Source: Blastocladiella emersonii ATCC 22665
Lineage: Eukaryota > Fungi > Blastocladiomycota
Direction of reading: 5' to 3'
DNA length: 64,000 nt
Assembly: GCA_025594325.1 (NCBI GenBank)
Contig: JANHCV010000007.1
Location: 124,001-188,000, forward strand
Within the stretch, counting starts at the first letter, position 1. Each line of letters starts with the position of its first letter. A program made the position numbers and the translations under genes. Under the pieces are notes generated by a model, which was not told the origin of the DNA, ran no database searches, and saw only the letters and a list, made by a program, of their open reading frames with translations. Below, piece after piece: positions 48,066 through 64,000 of this stretch.

Positions 48066-49670
48066 ATGCATCGCACGTCCGCCTCCGCCGTGACCGCGGC
48101 CGCCGCCCGCGCCGTGTCCCGCCGGTCCCTGCCGCGCGTGGCCGCCCGCGTCGCCTCCATGTCGTCCGCGTCGCCGCTGCTGCGCTCCTTGGCTCCGCGC
48201 GCCGTCGCCGCTGCGCACTGGTCGTCGTCGCCCGTCGCGGCACTGCACACGTCGGCCGCCAAGCACGCGGGCGGCGCAACCCCGGCGCCCTCGGCCGACG
48301 GGATCGTCCCCTTCCTGCTCGCCGATGTCGGTGAGGGCATCACCGAGTGCGAGATCACGCAGTGGTTCGTCAAGGAGGGCGACGAGGTGCAGCAGTTCGA
48401 CAAGATCTGCGAGGTCCAGTCCGACAAGGCCGCCGTCGAAATCTCGTCGCGCTTCGACGGCAAGATCACCAAGCTGCACTACGCCGTCGGCGACATGGCC
48501 AAGGTCGGCGCCCCGCTCATCGATATCAAGCTCGAGGGGTCCGATGCTGCTGCTGCGGCTCCCGCTCCCGCCGCTGCTGCTACTGCCCCTGCTGCCGCGA
48601 CCCCCGCCCCCGCTGCCGCCGCCACGCCCGCCGCCGCTGCGACGCCCTCGCCCGTCGCCGCCGAGCTCGACTCGGACCGCGTCATCTTCGCCACCCCCGC
48701 CGTGCGCCGCATCGCCCGCGAGAACAGCATCGACCTGCGCCTCGTCCCCGCCACGGGCAAGGGCGACCGCATCCTCAAGGAGGACGTGCTGCGCTTCCTC
48801 GAGGGCGGCAAGACTGCCGCTGCTGCAGCCCCTGCTGCTGCTCCCGTCGCTGCCGCTGCGCCCAAGCCCGCCGCTGCTCCTGCGCCCGCTGCCCCGATTA
48901 CGGTCGCGGCCGCCGACGAGGTCCGCCCGCTCACGGCGATCCAGAAGGCCATGTTCAAGTCCATGACCAAGTCGCTGACGATCCCACACTTTGGGTACGC
49001 CGACGAGCTGCGGCTCGACGCGCTCATGGACGTGCGCAAGGCCGTCAACCACCAGGTCAAGGCGAGCGGCAAGGGCGCCTACCCCTTCTCCAAGGTCTCG
49101 TTCATGCCCTTCTTCATCAAGTCCTTCTCGCTCGCCCTGCGCCACCACCCGCTGCTCAACGCCCAGCTCGTCGGCGTCGACCCGGCGCTCCCCGCCGAGC
49201 AGGCGGTCGCCGGCGCCAAGCTCGTGTACCGCGCGCGCCACAACATCTCGATCGCCATGGACACGCCCGCGGGCCTGATCGTGCCCAACATCAAGGACGT
49301 CCAGGACAAGTCGGTCCTCGACATCGCGGCCGACCTGCACCGCCTGCAGGAGGCGGGCAAGAAGGGCGCGATCCCCGCGGCCGACCTCCAGGGCGGCACC
49401 ATCACGCTGTCCAACATCGGCGCCATCGGCGGCACCTACATGGGCCCCGTCGTCGTCACGTCCGAGGTGTGCATCGCCGCCCTCGGCAAGACGGCGCGCG
49501 TCCCGCGGTTCAAGGACGAGGACTCGCTCGAGGTCGAGCCCCACCACATCATGCCCGTCTCCTTCTCGGCCGACCACCGCGTCGTCGACGGCGCGTCCGT
49601 CGCCCGCTTCGCCCAGCTCTGGAAGCAGTACATCGAGAACCCCATGAACATGCTCGCCAACCTCAAGTAA
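48066..49670 (+). CDS. DBT: Branched-chain alpha-keto acid dehydrogenase E2 (dihydrolipoamide branched-chain transacylase)
   Basis: Has a lipoyl domain (FLLADVGEGITECEITQWFV, EVQSDKAAVEI), an E3-binding domain (ATPAVRRIARE, TGKGDRILKED) and the catalytic motif SFSADHRVVDG. Confidence 0.95.
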   Translation: MHRTSASAVTAAAARAVSRRSLPRVAARVASMSSASPLLRSLAPRAVAAAHWSSSPVAALHTSAAKHAGGATPAPSADGIVPFLLADVGEGITECEITQWFVKEGDEVQQFDKICEVQSDKAAVEISSRFDGKITKLHYAVGDMAKVGAPLIDIKLEGSDAAAAAPAPAAAATAPAAATPAPAAAATPAAAATPSPVAAELDSDRVIFATPAVRRIARENSIDLRLVPATGKGDRILKEDVLRFLEGGKTAAAAAPAAAPVAAAAPKPAAAPAPAAPITVAAADEVRPLTAIQKAMFKSMTKSLTIPHFGYADELRLDALMDVRKAVNHQVKASGKGAYPFSKVSFMPFFIKSFSLALRHHPLLNAQLVGVDPALPAEQAVAGAKLVYRARHNISIAMDTPAGLIVPNIKDVQDKSVLDIAADLHRLQEAGKKGAIPAADLQGGTITLSNIGAIGGTYMGPVVVTSEVCIAALGKTARVPRFKDEDSLEVEPHHIMPVSFSADHRVVDGASVARFAQLWKQYIENPMNMLANLK

Positions 49671-49993
49671 CCGGAACGTGTGGAAAACTGAGAGAGCGCG
49701 CAAGGACGCTCCGCTGGCTGTCGCTACCCCCCTACCCCTACTCCTAAGTCTACAACTATATAACTCTCTCTGTGCATGTACTCTTGAGTCGGCTCCGCTC
49801 ACGAGCGCTTGGCTCGCGCGTCGCGACCCAAGTTGGCGCGGCGCCACGCGTCTCTGAGCCGCGCGCGGTGCTCATGAGACAAGCGGCGACACAACGAGAG
49901 GGAGAGGGTACATCGATACGGTTCCAGTCCAGGATGCTCGCACACGCGACAAGGGGAGCGGAACGAGGATGGAGCAATCACAACAGCGCGGGA

Positions 49994-50565
49994 TCACTGG
50001 CCATCCTTGGCGGGACGAGCAGCGCCGCCTGGTGCGCGGCGACGGCGGCCTGCTATGCGGCGACGAAGGGAGCCTGCTGAGTGCTGACACAGGAACCACC
50101 GCCGCCGTAGTACGCACCGTGAACTGGAACCATGAAGCGCACATGCTGCTGCCGCTGCGCGCCGCCAATCGGAACCGCGCCAGCCGCGGTGTACGTGGCG
50201 GCGACGCGCATCGCGGCCGCCTCGCACGCGCCCCAGGCCGCGTCCGCGACACTCGCGTCGACCGTTGAGCCTAACCACGGTATACGCTGTAATTTGGACG
50301 CCGCCCGTCATGCGCTGGGCGCTAGCGGCGGCGGCGGCGGCGGCCCGCTGCTCGCGCTCAGCGACGAGCTGGTCGTTCAGCGCCGTGAGCCGCGATCTCG
50401 GCGCGCAGCGCGGCGGTCTCGGCCTCGTGCGCCGCCTTGTCGCGCGCGCGCTCCTCGTCGAGAAGGCGGTGGAGCTGCATTGCAAGGGCGTCGACGGCGT
50501 CTGCGCGCGGCACCGTGGCCGCGGGCGTGCCGGCCGGTCGGCGAGGCAGGTGGGACCGTATACAT
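49994..50565 (-). pseudogene. Frameshifted small coiled-coil gene, paralog of 61348..62232
   Basis: Segments MYTVPPASPT, DAVDALAMQLHRLLDEERARDKAAHEAETAALRAEI and RLTALNDQLVAEREQ...QRM lie in different frames. The last frame ends KDGQ*. Confidence 0.55.
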
Positions 50566-50951
50566 GGTGTTGATAACGTTTGGTGCACTTGAGAACGAGG
50601 GGAGAGATTTGAGCGAGCACGGCCGCCAAGCGTGGAGCCGAACGCGGCGCCGGCGTGGCGCAACGCGTCGCATGTCGCGTTCGCGCCTTGGCCACGGACC
50701 GCGTCGCTGATCCAAACGCTGATGGCGCACACCGGCCGACGGCAATTTAGATACGCGCTGGAACGGCGAGCAAATGCGCTTTTGGGGACTTGCTCAGGGA
50801 CCAGGGTCTGTATTATCCCGCGACGGATGCACACTCGCGTTGCGCGAAGCCGCGCTCCACAACCATGGAGGTGAACTACTCAGCAACGTGTATATGTATT
50901 GATCTGTAGTGGTAGGAATCATGAGGAGGAGGAGGAGCGGGGCCACTGAGC

Positions 50952-53900
50952 TTACGCAACGAGGCCGCTCTCCTTGGCGAGCGAGTAGAAGACCGACTCG
51001 GGGCGCGCAAGCAGGGCCTCGGGCGTGTCGAACTCGGCCACCTCGCCGTGGTCGAGCACCAGGATCTTGTCATAGTCGATGATCGTGCCGATGCTAACCA
51101 GACGGAAAAGTTAGTCTCGGGGGGTCACCCTGAGCGTCGTAACGAGAAGGCGTACCGGTGAGCGATCGTAATCACCGTGCAGCCGTCAAACTCGCGGCGG
51201 ATCGTCTCCTGGACCAGGTTGTCGGTGGCACCGTCGATGCTCGCCGTCGCCTCGTCGAGAACCTGGGAAAAACGCGGGTCGAAGTGATGGTCAGTCAGCA
51301 CAGCTCGATCGAACAGCGTTGTCAACGGCGAGCGTACCAGAACTCGAGACTTGCGCAGGATCGCGCGGGCGAGACACAGAAGCTGCGCCTGGCCAACCGA
51401 CAGCGACGACTGGGTGAGCAGCGCGTCGAGCCCCTCGTCGAGCGAGCGCACGTAGGTCGCGAGACTCGCGCCCTCGAGCGCCGACCACAGCGCCGCATCG
51501 TCGCGCTGGCCCGTCGGGTTTAGGAGGTTGTCGCGGATGCTCGCCTCCATGAGGTACGCATCCTGCGGCAGGATCGTGAGTCGCGAGCGCAGGTCGTGCA
51601 GGCCGATGGTCGAGATGTCGAGCCCGTCAATCGAGATGGAGCCCGCCGCCGCCTCGATGATGCGGAACAGCGCCAGCGTCATGGTCGACTTGCCCGCGCC
51701 GGTACTAGATGAGAGAGAAAGAAGTGAAACGCGCAGGTGAGTGACCGGAGCGAGGTGAACACGGGCGAAGAGAAAACGTACCGGCCGACGATGCCGACCT
51801 TCTTGCCGGCCTCGAACGTGAGCTTGAGGTCCTTGAGCACGAGCGGGAGACCTGGGCGGTACGCGGCCGAGTAGCCGTCGAACGAGATCTCGCCGCGAGC
51901 GGGCCACTCGGGGTCGAGCGAGAAGGTCGTCTCCTCGGCCGCCTCGGTCGGCTGCTCGAGCATCTGCTGCACGCGCTCCACCGAGACCGCCGCGTTCTCG
52001 AGCTGAGCGTAGACGCGCAGCAAACCACCGACCATGAACGTCAGGTCAAAGGAATAGGTGAGGGCGACGCCGACGAGCGAGGTGCCGCTGGTCTTGGTCG
52101 TGACGGCAGCGAACGCAACCCCGGACACGATCAGGTTGCCGAGCAGCTGCAGCTGCACGAACAGCCACCGGTTGGTCGAGATGAGGTTGTAGAACCCGCG
52201 CGACGACGCATCGAACAGCGACTCGCCCTTGTTGCGGAACCGCGCCTGGTGCCCAAACGACCGGATCGTCGTGAGCCCGTTGAGCGTCTCGGAGAAGTGC
52301 GTGAACACGGGCGAGTTGAGGACCATGTACACGCGCTGGATCTCGCGACTCGCCGACAGGTACCACGACTGGATCAGGACGAACAGGATGACGACGGGCG
52401 CGAGGACCACGATGACGAGCGGTGCCGCGACCAGGATCGTGATGAGCGTCGCGATCGTCTGCAGGCCCATGAACTGCAGCTGGCTGATCTGCTGCGGGAT
52501 CATCACGTCGATGTTCTTCTGGTCCGACGAGAACCGGTTGAGCACGCGGCCCGACGGGTTGAGGTCGAAATAGCTGAGCGGGTAGCGCAGGACGCGGTCG
52601 AGCATGCTGCGGAACGTGGCGCGCGCGCCGCGGATCGCCACCACGGCCAGCCCAAAGTAGATAGAGAAGACGTTGATGATGCCGTTGCCGATCGTTATGG
52701 CCGCGTACACGCCCAGGTAGAAGCCCGTGTTGCCCTCGCCGCGGCCCGCCGCCGCACCCCACTGCCCGAGCCAGAGCGTCAGGCCGATGCCGATGGCGCA
52801 ACCGAGCGCGCTCGCCAGGAAGTTGATGCTCATGACACCGTAACCGCAGTACTACAGGAGTGGTCGTGGAGGTGGAGTCAGTTGGTGCGTCGCCAATTGA
52901 AGTCGAGGAACAACGAAGCGAGACGCACCTTGAAGTACTGGAGGTACACCTTGTAGCTGACGGCGCCCGAACCCTTCTTCTCGCTCGTGTCCTCGGCGGC
53001 GCCCTCGAGACCGGCAAAGTCGTGGTCGTTGGCGTCGTCGCCGGCCTCCTTTTCGTTGAGGCTGGCCTTGCTGCGGCGGTGCGTGAGCGTTTTGTCGGAC
53101 GTGGTGGCGCCGACGGTAGCGTAACCGATGAGGGTCTCCTCGGCGACGGTCGCGGAGTCGGCCGACGACGCGTCGTCCTCGTCGTCCTCGCCCTCGGCCT
53201 GGCGCTTGGCCATGTACTCGTTGACGAGCGCGGTCACCTCGCCGTTGGCGGCCATGAGCGTTGCGTAGTCGCCCGTCTCGGCGACGGTGCCGTCGCGGAT
53301 CAGGACGATGCGGTCGACCTCGGGCAGGTGGTGCACCGCGTGCGTCACCAGGATCACCGTCTTGCCGCGCAGGAGCCCCGAGGTGCGCGAGAACAGCGCA
53401 TTGAACATGTGGCGATCAACATGGGCATCGACGGCGGCTAAAATATCATCCGCCGCAACCACGCTCACCTTGCCCATCTCGCTCGCGTACACGGCGCGAG
53501 CGCACGCGACGCGGGCCTTCTGGCCGCCCGAGAGCTAGCAAACGGCGACGCGGCGGGTCAGCACGGCCAAGAACAATCCGTGGGACGTGAAAACCCCCTC
53601 CAAATGTTTTTGAGGGGCGATGTGGGGGTGGAGGGGAGCGAGGGGTGAGGAGAGAACGCGAGCGACGTACCGAGATGCCCTTCTCGCCGATCATGGTCTC
53701 GTCGCCCTGCGCGAGCACCTGCAGGTCCTTGCGCAGCGAGCACGCGTCGATGACGCGGCGGTACACGTCCTTGTCGAACTCGAGGCCGAAGGTGATGTTG
53801 TTGCGAACCTAAGCGCGAGCGAGGACGTGGGAGGTGAGTGCAAGGACCACCAACACGCGGAAAGCACCGCAATACGAACCGTGTCGTTGAGGATGAAGGC

Positions 53901-56092
53901 CTGCTGCGTGATGAACGCCACGTCGCCGCGGACCGTGACCGAGCCGCGGACCTTGTCGATCTCGCCGAGGATGGCCGCGAGCAGGGCCGACTTGCCCGAG
54001 CCGACCGACCCGACCACGGCGGTGAGCGTACCGGGCTCAAAGTCGAGGCTCGGCACGTCGAGGACGACCTTGTCGTCGGCGAACGAGAACTGGCCGTCGC
54101 GGATCGACACGACGGGCTCGGCCGCGCCCTCGATGGCGGGCAGGCGCTCGACGTACGTGTCGAGGTCGTCCGAGAGGAGGTACTTGGTGATGCGCGAGGC
54201 CGACGCAAAGGCCTCGACGAGCGGCGACCAGCCCCACACGAGCGCCTGGATCGGGTGGTCCAGCATGCGCATGATCGAAAGCGTGACGAAGACCTTGGAC
54301 TCGTTGAGCGAGTTGTCGGGCGACGTGAGGGCGAAGACGGCGAACACGCCGAACGTGGCAAACGACGGGATCAGGAACGAGGTGCCGATCTGGACGGCCA
54401 GGACGCCGGCGAGCTTGCGCATGTAGAACAGCTCCTTCTCGCGGAAGGCGATGACGCGGTCGCGCAGGAACTTTTGCCAACCGTACAATTTGATCGTCTT
54501 CACGCCGTTCAGGACCTCGGTGATGGTCTTGACTCGGCCGTCGGTCTGCTCGAGCGAGGCGACGCGGTACCTCATCATGAGCTTGGCGAAGAGGCCGAGC
54601 ATGGGCGTTGAGAGCAGCATGACGACGAGCGCGACGAACAGCGACCACCCGACCTGCGCGTACAGCAGCACGAGGGCGATAACCAGACTGACCGGACTGG
54701 TTATAAGTTCCGTAATGGTCAAAATGGACTGGGAGAGGTTGGTCGCGTCGACCTGCATGTGGTTGAGGATCTCGCCAATGTTGGTTTCGCGGCGGTGCGC
54801 GGGCACGCGAAGACCCTTGCGGTACACGACGTTCTGGACCGCGGCCTTGACGGCGATCTGCAGCGTGAAGGTTGCGTGGAAAGCCTGGCCGAAGAGCACG
54901 GACGTGAGGAGGTTGCAGGCGAGGAACATGAGCGCGACGATCACGCCCTCGCTCGCGGGCCGGGCAAACTCGGTCTGCTGCGACGCGACAAACGAGACAA
55001 AGTAGGCCACGAACGTCGGCGTGAGGAAGTTGAGGGCGACCTGGGCGAGGCCGAGCACGAGGAGCAGCACGAGGCGGACGCCGTACGTCTTGACCAGGGC
55101 GCCGAGGAACGACGGCTTGCCGCCCGACTGCTTGGCGGCCGCCAACGACCGCTCCCACTGGGTCTCGAGCAGCGAGCAGTTGTAGCCCGAGCGCAGCGCA
55201 ACGGGGAGGTCCCACAGGTCCGAGAACTCGAGCACCTTGCGGCGCGCGATGACGAGCAGGTCGATGACCCACCAGAACGTGAGTTTCGACAGGAACGAGG
55301 CGGCGTACTCGGGCGTCGGGCGTGCGCCCTCGACGGTCGGCGCGCGGTTCGGACGCGTCTCAATGCCCTTGGTCGAGAAGCCCTCGACGAGGAACAGCAC
55401 GCCCGTGACGACCGTCTGCGCGAGCGTGAAGGCGATGATCTGGTCGGCGGCCTCCTGCATGATCAGCGAGCGCAGATTGAGCAGCTGGAGGATCACGAAG
55501 ATGCCGTAGAAGGTGCTGAGGGAAGTCGACGCGCGGCGGCTGCGGCCGTTCTCAAGGACGTGGTTCGGGATGGCAATGACGAGCGGGATCAGGATGATGA
55601 TCAGGCCGAGGTAGTCGGCGATGGACGCCGCGGGCGAATCGCTGCCGAAGACGGTGATGGCGAGCAGCACGCCGAGGGCAAGGTTGGCGAGGGCCAGCAG
55701 CAGCTTGGCGCCGACGAGGATGCGGTACGGCGACACCATGTCGTCGGGCAGGGCCGGCTTGGACCGCAGGAAGACGAAGCGGTTCACGAGACCGGCGAGG
55801 AGCACCAGCGCAAAGGCCGGATAGATGACGCCATGCTGGAAGCACAGGTCCAGATCAATGGCCGTGTCTGGGTTGAGCGTGTACTAGACGAGCGCAAGGG
55901 CGAGAAGTTGGTGAGCGGCGAGACCGGATCGAGGGGCCATGGCGTGGACCGTGGACGCTGCCCTCCGCCCTCGCGAGCGACGAGTTCTTCCGGCGGCGGC
56001 GCCACGGACGAGTGCAAGGGCATGAGGGGATCAGGGTAGGAGGAGGTCGGGGAGGAGCGTACCAGCGGTCGCCCGCTTCTGCAGAACGACAT
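50952..56092 (-). CDS. ABCC/MRP (YCF1-like) ABC transporter with TMD0-TMD1-NBD1-TMD2-NBD2, multi-exon
   Basis: N-terminal exon [10 protein letters not shown]|YTLNPD...DLCFQ. NBD1 has [17 protein letters not shown] and [11 protein letters not shown]2 has [15 protein letters not shown]2 has [29 protein letters not shown] and TIAHR. Stop at 50952-50954. Confidence 0.93.
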
Positions 56093-57485
56093 GGTCGGCG
56101 GTGGCAGGAGGGTTCTCGAGCAGGCGGTGGTCAGGCAGAGAAGGAGCTGAGGCCGGGGGCCGGGGACCGCGAGGGTATTTGAAGGCCGCGAGCGCAGACA
56201 GCCAGATGCATTGGGTCGTGTTCCATGGGTAATTGTGGGGAAGAATGTCAGCCCTCGTGAGAGGGGGCCGGCGTGAGGCGGGGGCGGCGTCGGGCGGCGG
56301 CGGTGGCGACTCCGAGGCGGCGGTTACGCGGCAGCAGCACGGAACAGCCGGCCCACGCCATCGAGTGGGTTGCGCCCAACCGCGGGAAGAACCCGCGGCG
56401 ACGCTCGGGTCCCGCACTCAGCACCGCGGCACAGCCCCTCCCATCAGCTTCCGTCACCTTCTTCCCCTTGGCCGTTGGCTAGCCACGGCGGTCGTCAGCT
56501 ACCGTGCCGCGACGTCAAGGTGGCGGAGGCGTCGGCATCGTTCGTCTGTGGCGGCGGCGAGAGCTGGCTTGACTGGGGTTATCTCCGGCCTTGGCCGCCT
56601 CAAACGTGGAACCGTCAGCCACCGCCACTCCGCGGATTGAGTCCTTCAGCCAAGTCCGGCTCCTGAATCTGCCAGCCTGGGCGGGTTGCCTGCTGCCGAC
56701 ACGTTCGGGGCAGCTCTTCCCGACCTGCTTCCCAGCCGTCCGAGGCGAGATCCCTGTCGCAGGGGAGGAGTGAGGAGTGAGGGGAAGTATTTAGTTCTCC
56801 CAGACAATTTCCCCTCACGACTTAGTCAGCCATTGCCGGCAGAACTTGGATCGTCCTGACGCAACCAGCAATTCTTCCGTCGCGACCATCGTTTAGGTGC
56901 AACGCCGTCCTTGTTCGGCGTCGTCCTTGTTCATGGCATTCGAGCGTAGGTCGCCGATGTCATGGACCACTGCTGACGCAGCCTTTTGGTTCCGAGAACC
57001 GAATCATGGCCATGATCATGCTCGTCACCGACGTAAGGATTCAGCCGTGGCCACGCACCATGGACGTTTTTGACCCGGCGTGAGTCGTCGCCTCCAACAT
57101 TGTTCTCGAGTTCTTACCGACGTCTTGGTCCACGGTGGGCGTGTCGACGAGTCCGCGTCGACGACAAGGGAGCTTCACGGTTGCGATGAACATGGTCGAA
57201 AAGCCCGTATCGGCCTGCTGGTTCTCTAACAGCGTAGATGGATTACATCCGCATATTTGCAACCGTTGCACCAGGTTGCTCGTCGATGCGTGCACGCGGC
57301 ATGGCGGGGGCGTATTTGCGAGACGTGTCGATCAATCATGTGACCTCGTGCGAGACGCGTTTTTGAGCGCCCGTCCGGTTGGTCGCTGGGCAACCTCGCA
57401 GCTCTCGTTCCTGATCGCCAACCTCCACATCGGCAGTTTTTAGGTCCAGCGGGTTGTATGCACGCTTAACATGGGTTCCCTTCCA

Positions 57486-60865
<3,380 letters not shown>

Positions 60866-61347
60866 CACGGCAAGCGCTGGCGGCCGTTGCGACGGCGAGC
60901 GCCGCCCTCCCGAACATCGATTCATGGTGTGAGAGTAGTTCATTGCCACATCGGAAGGCGTACGACGGTTGCCCTCGATCAATGGCTCGGCGCGTCCGCG
61001 GAATTCTCGGTCTGCCCGGACGACCGACGCGCGTGGACGCGCTCCAGCCAATCGCCGCGCGTGTCTCGCGTCACATGATACCGCGACGCGTCTTTCTTCT
61101 CCTCCTCGCCGTCAACCGACCGCTCCTCGCAACAGCCATGGCGGGCGCAGCGGGAACCACCAACGGATCGCTCGTCCGCCGCCGTGGTCGGCCCGGTTCC
61201 CACGTTGCCCTCGCCAACGCGTCGCGCCGTGCTGGCTCCATCCCGCGCGACTCCGGCTCTCACCCCACCGCCTGAGATGGCTCACAATGAGTGACCCGCA
61301 CCGCACTTCCTCTCCGTGCCCGTCGCGCTACAAACGTAATCAACACC

Positions 61348-62232
61348 ATGCATGCTGTCCCGCTTGCCTCGACGACGCAACTGCCGCCGCTTTCGCCGCA
61401 GCAGTCTACCACCGTGCCCGCGGGCTCCGCACAGACTGCTCTCACTTGAACGGTGCTGCCTGCTCCGCTTCAGCCTCAACAGCCGTCTCCGGTGTCTGCG
61501 GGCACGGCGCCGGTCCCTGCCGCCTCGACCGCGTTGCCCACACCTCTAACGCCGCTTCAGTCCGCCTTGGCGCCCGCGACCTCGGTCGTGGCGTCAGCTC
61601 TCCCCGTCACATCGACGCTGCCGACAGAGTCTCTTTTGTCCCAGCAGCAAGCTGCCGCGGGGTCGGCCCCTGCTGCCTCAACGGTGCTGCCGCCCCCGCC
61701 TCCGCCTTCTCAGCCTGCTTTCGCGCCCGGGGACGTGGGGGACCGAGGTCAACGCTCTCGGCGACGCATTGAAGCAGGTTTTGAAGCTTCTCGAGGAAAA
61801 GCACGCGGGCGAACTCGAGGAAACCGTTTACTTCGTCAAGGCCTCGCACGAAGAGGAGGAAATAGCGCTGCGTCTCAAGATTGAGCAGCTCACGGCCATG
61901 CATGACATGGCCGGCGACCGCGAGCGGCAGGCCAGCGACGTCCAGCGCATGGTTGGCATCGCCCAGGCCGTGGCGCACGCGGTGGTCTCGGCCGCCCTGA
62001 CGGCCCCGGAGGCTACGGCGAACCCGAGCGTCGTGTCGGAGATCGCGCGTGTATGTTGGCCGTCGTGAAGGCTATCGTTGACACGGCCGTTCCTGCAGCT
62101 CCCGCCGCTGGTACGCAGCAGGCCGCCGCCATTCCCGGCATTGGCACGCCGCAGGCTGCTGCCGTTGATCTCCGCGTCGCTGACCCCGCTTACGGCGTCG
62201 AGCACCCGAAGGCTGGTCATGGCGGCCAGTAA
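61348..62232 (+). pseudogene. Disrupted Pro/Ser-rich and coiled-coil gene, paralog of 49994..50565
   Basis: ATG at 61348, in-frame TGA at 61447-61449, and an apparent extra G in the G5 run near 61737-61741. It then reads EVNALGDALKQVL...KASHEEEEIALRLKIEQLTAMHD...QRM, with a probable last exon ending HGGQ*. Confidence 0.55.
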
Positions 62233-62741
62233 TCGCGCGGAGCGAGCGTTGGCGTGCCGAGGATGAGGTTGTTGCCGTGATTCCTCCTTCCGCTCTCCCA
62301 GTTCATGTCTCGTGCGAGCATTCTGGACTGGAGTCGTATCGATATACCCTTCGTTTGTACCGCCACCCCTTGCCGGTGCCTTTGCGAGAAGTGAGACGCG
62401 TTGGGAAAACACGTGAGCTGAGGGTCGCGTTATCATAAGACCTTGAAGCAGGAGTCGTTGAGCGGGCGGAGCATGGCGCAGGAGATCAAGGTCGGGTTGG
62501 GCCCGACATTGATGGACGCAACCAACCCCCTAAGCCGTGGATGCTTGGGTGCCTCAAGGTTCATGCGACTGCGGCGCGAGACATAAGACGTGTCGGGAAA
62601 ACACGTGAGCGGCGTTGGCGATCGCAACAAAGTTTGCCGTCGCTTTTTGAGAGCGGCCGGCCGCTTGCCACGATCGCTCCCGACGAGACGTGTACCCATG
62701 CATCGCTGATCGGAGCTTGCGGCATTATCATCTTCAAGACT

Positions 62742-64000
62742 ATGCCGAGGACTTCCGCGACGAACGCGGCCGGTGGCGCTTCCGCGCCGGGCAAGCGTGC
62801 TCGCGCCGCTCCCGCCACGACTGCGACTTCAGCGTCGAAACGGGCCCGGACCGCCGCGACCGACTCAGAACCTTGCAACCCTCCTACGCTCTCGGCCAGC
62901 TTCCTCCAGACCGCCGACCAGCTTGAGCGCCTCGTTCTTGCTGAGCGCGCTGCTTCTGGCTGGTGGGTGCCGTACCCCGGCACCCGGACCACCGAAATGT
63001 CCGGTACCGCGCCTCAACTCGTCGACGACGACGCGCTGCTTCGGGACGGGTTCCCGTCATCCGAGCTTTGGGCTGACGTGAAGCCCGCCGCGGTCAATGA
63101 CCAGCCTGGTGCGCCAGCTCGTGAACTTTTCGCCGAAGCTTGTGACTGACCTGAAATCTGCCGCTCTTAGATCTGTTCCTTTCGTCGACCAAAGTCCAAT
63201 TCCACACGCGGCTTCCAATCGACCCTGCCCTCCTCGACAAGTCGTCGCATCGTCTCCAACGCGGTGTTGATCCGCCGGTTCTTGGCGAAGTCAAGCTCCG
63301 TCTCGAGCCACTTCTTGTCTTTGACCGCTCGCTCAGACATCGCCGTCCTAAGCAGCCTTACAAAGATACCCAGACCGTCTACTACCGCCTTCCACCGCGC
63401 GAGGAGGCCTGGACGCTCGCTGATTTCAAGACCATCAAGGTTACTGATTTTGCGCAGGCTTACACGCGGGACCCGTACTTTGACGATCAGCATCATCGCA
63501 AAGGCATTCATACGCTCTTCAAGCCTTCATGCATCCGACTCTTTACGTTTCCCGCGCTCGACGGGGATGCGGTCTTTGCTGGTCGCGACGTGGAGCCTGC
63601 TGCTTCTGCCAACATGGGACCTCGGCCCCAGATTTTTGGTGGCGCTCACGGCTGGAAGTCGCGCTGGGCCGTGCGCTCGGGCGACCTTCTCATCCCGGAT
63701 TTGGCCGAGGCGCCCGCTTTTATGCGCGAGAGTGATGTCTCCTTCGCCAGGTACTTGCGGTTTGTTGTGCGAGCCGTTCCAGACGCCAGCTATCAGGCGG
63801 TCACATCCTATCGGACGTATTCCACCTACACGCTTGACACGTATATTCGTGCTGCCGATCTCAACCTCGACTTGCGCGCCGACGTGGAGGACGCGTCGCG
63901 CGCCCTGCGCAAGATTTTCGAACTGTTCCCGTTGCCTGGCATGTCTGGCTTCAAGCTCGACTCCAACATGATCCGCATCCCTGCTTCGGATCACTTGGCG
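62742..64000 (+). CDS. Hypothetical protein, open at the right window edge
   Basis: Exon MPRTSATNAAGG... then an intron at 63121-63170 (GTGAAC...TTAG), followed by a stop-free frame to the window end (HLFLSSTKVQFHTRLP...YYRLPPREEAWTLADFK...RIPASDHLA) that the track does not list. Confidence 0.6.

Noticed and set aside
5153-49670. Five nuclear-encoded mitochondrial genes (HSC20, RRG7, PAM17, MRPL17, DBT) as a functional cluster
   Set aside because: They are scattered among unrelated genes over 45 kb, which is compatible with chance.
63167-63994. Minus-strand ORFs as an integrase or transposase remnant
   Set aside because: No DDE or zinc-binding motif was found, and the plus-strand frame with a canonical intron explains the region better.

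Overview
GC-rich eukaryotic genomic DNA with short GT(A)CGY...CTRAC...YAG introns. It is most likely from a flagellated, early-diverging fungus (Blastocladiomycota/chytrid-like), because fungal-type PAM17 and RRG7 occur together with a radial-spoke RSPH10B-like gene. Most long ORFs in the track are antisense or alternative-frame shadows of real genes. Recognisable genes: RPL39, HSC20/JAC1, taspase-1, endosulfine, SEC10, MLH1, RRG7, RSPH10B-like, a transmembrane RING-H2 ligase, ACB1, PAM17, NOP58, mitochondrial bL17, BCKDH E2 (DBT) and an ABCC/YCF1-like transporter. Two loci stand out. (1) Positions 1-1889 (minus) hold a Fanzor1-type (eukaryotic TnpB/Cas12-like) RNA-guided nuclease gene whose diagnostic C-terminal frame is missing from the ORF track; it runs off the window edge, carries two single-base frameshifts, and abuts head-to-head an uncharacterised intron-containing gene with RGG-like repeats. 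(2) Positions 57486-60865 (minus) hold a multi-exon receptor joining a bacterial-type sugar solute-binding protein, a class C GPCR 7TM domain and a C-terminal PH domain. The window also has an orphan 7TM protein, a pair of decayed paralogous coiled-coil genes and several unexplained lineage-specific islands. All assignments come from reading motifs by eye; no database search was run.
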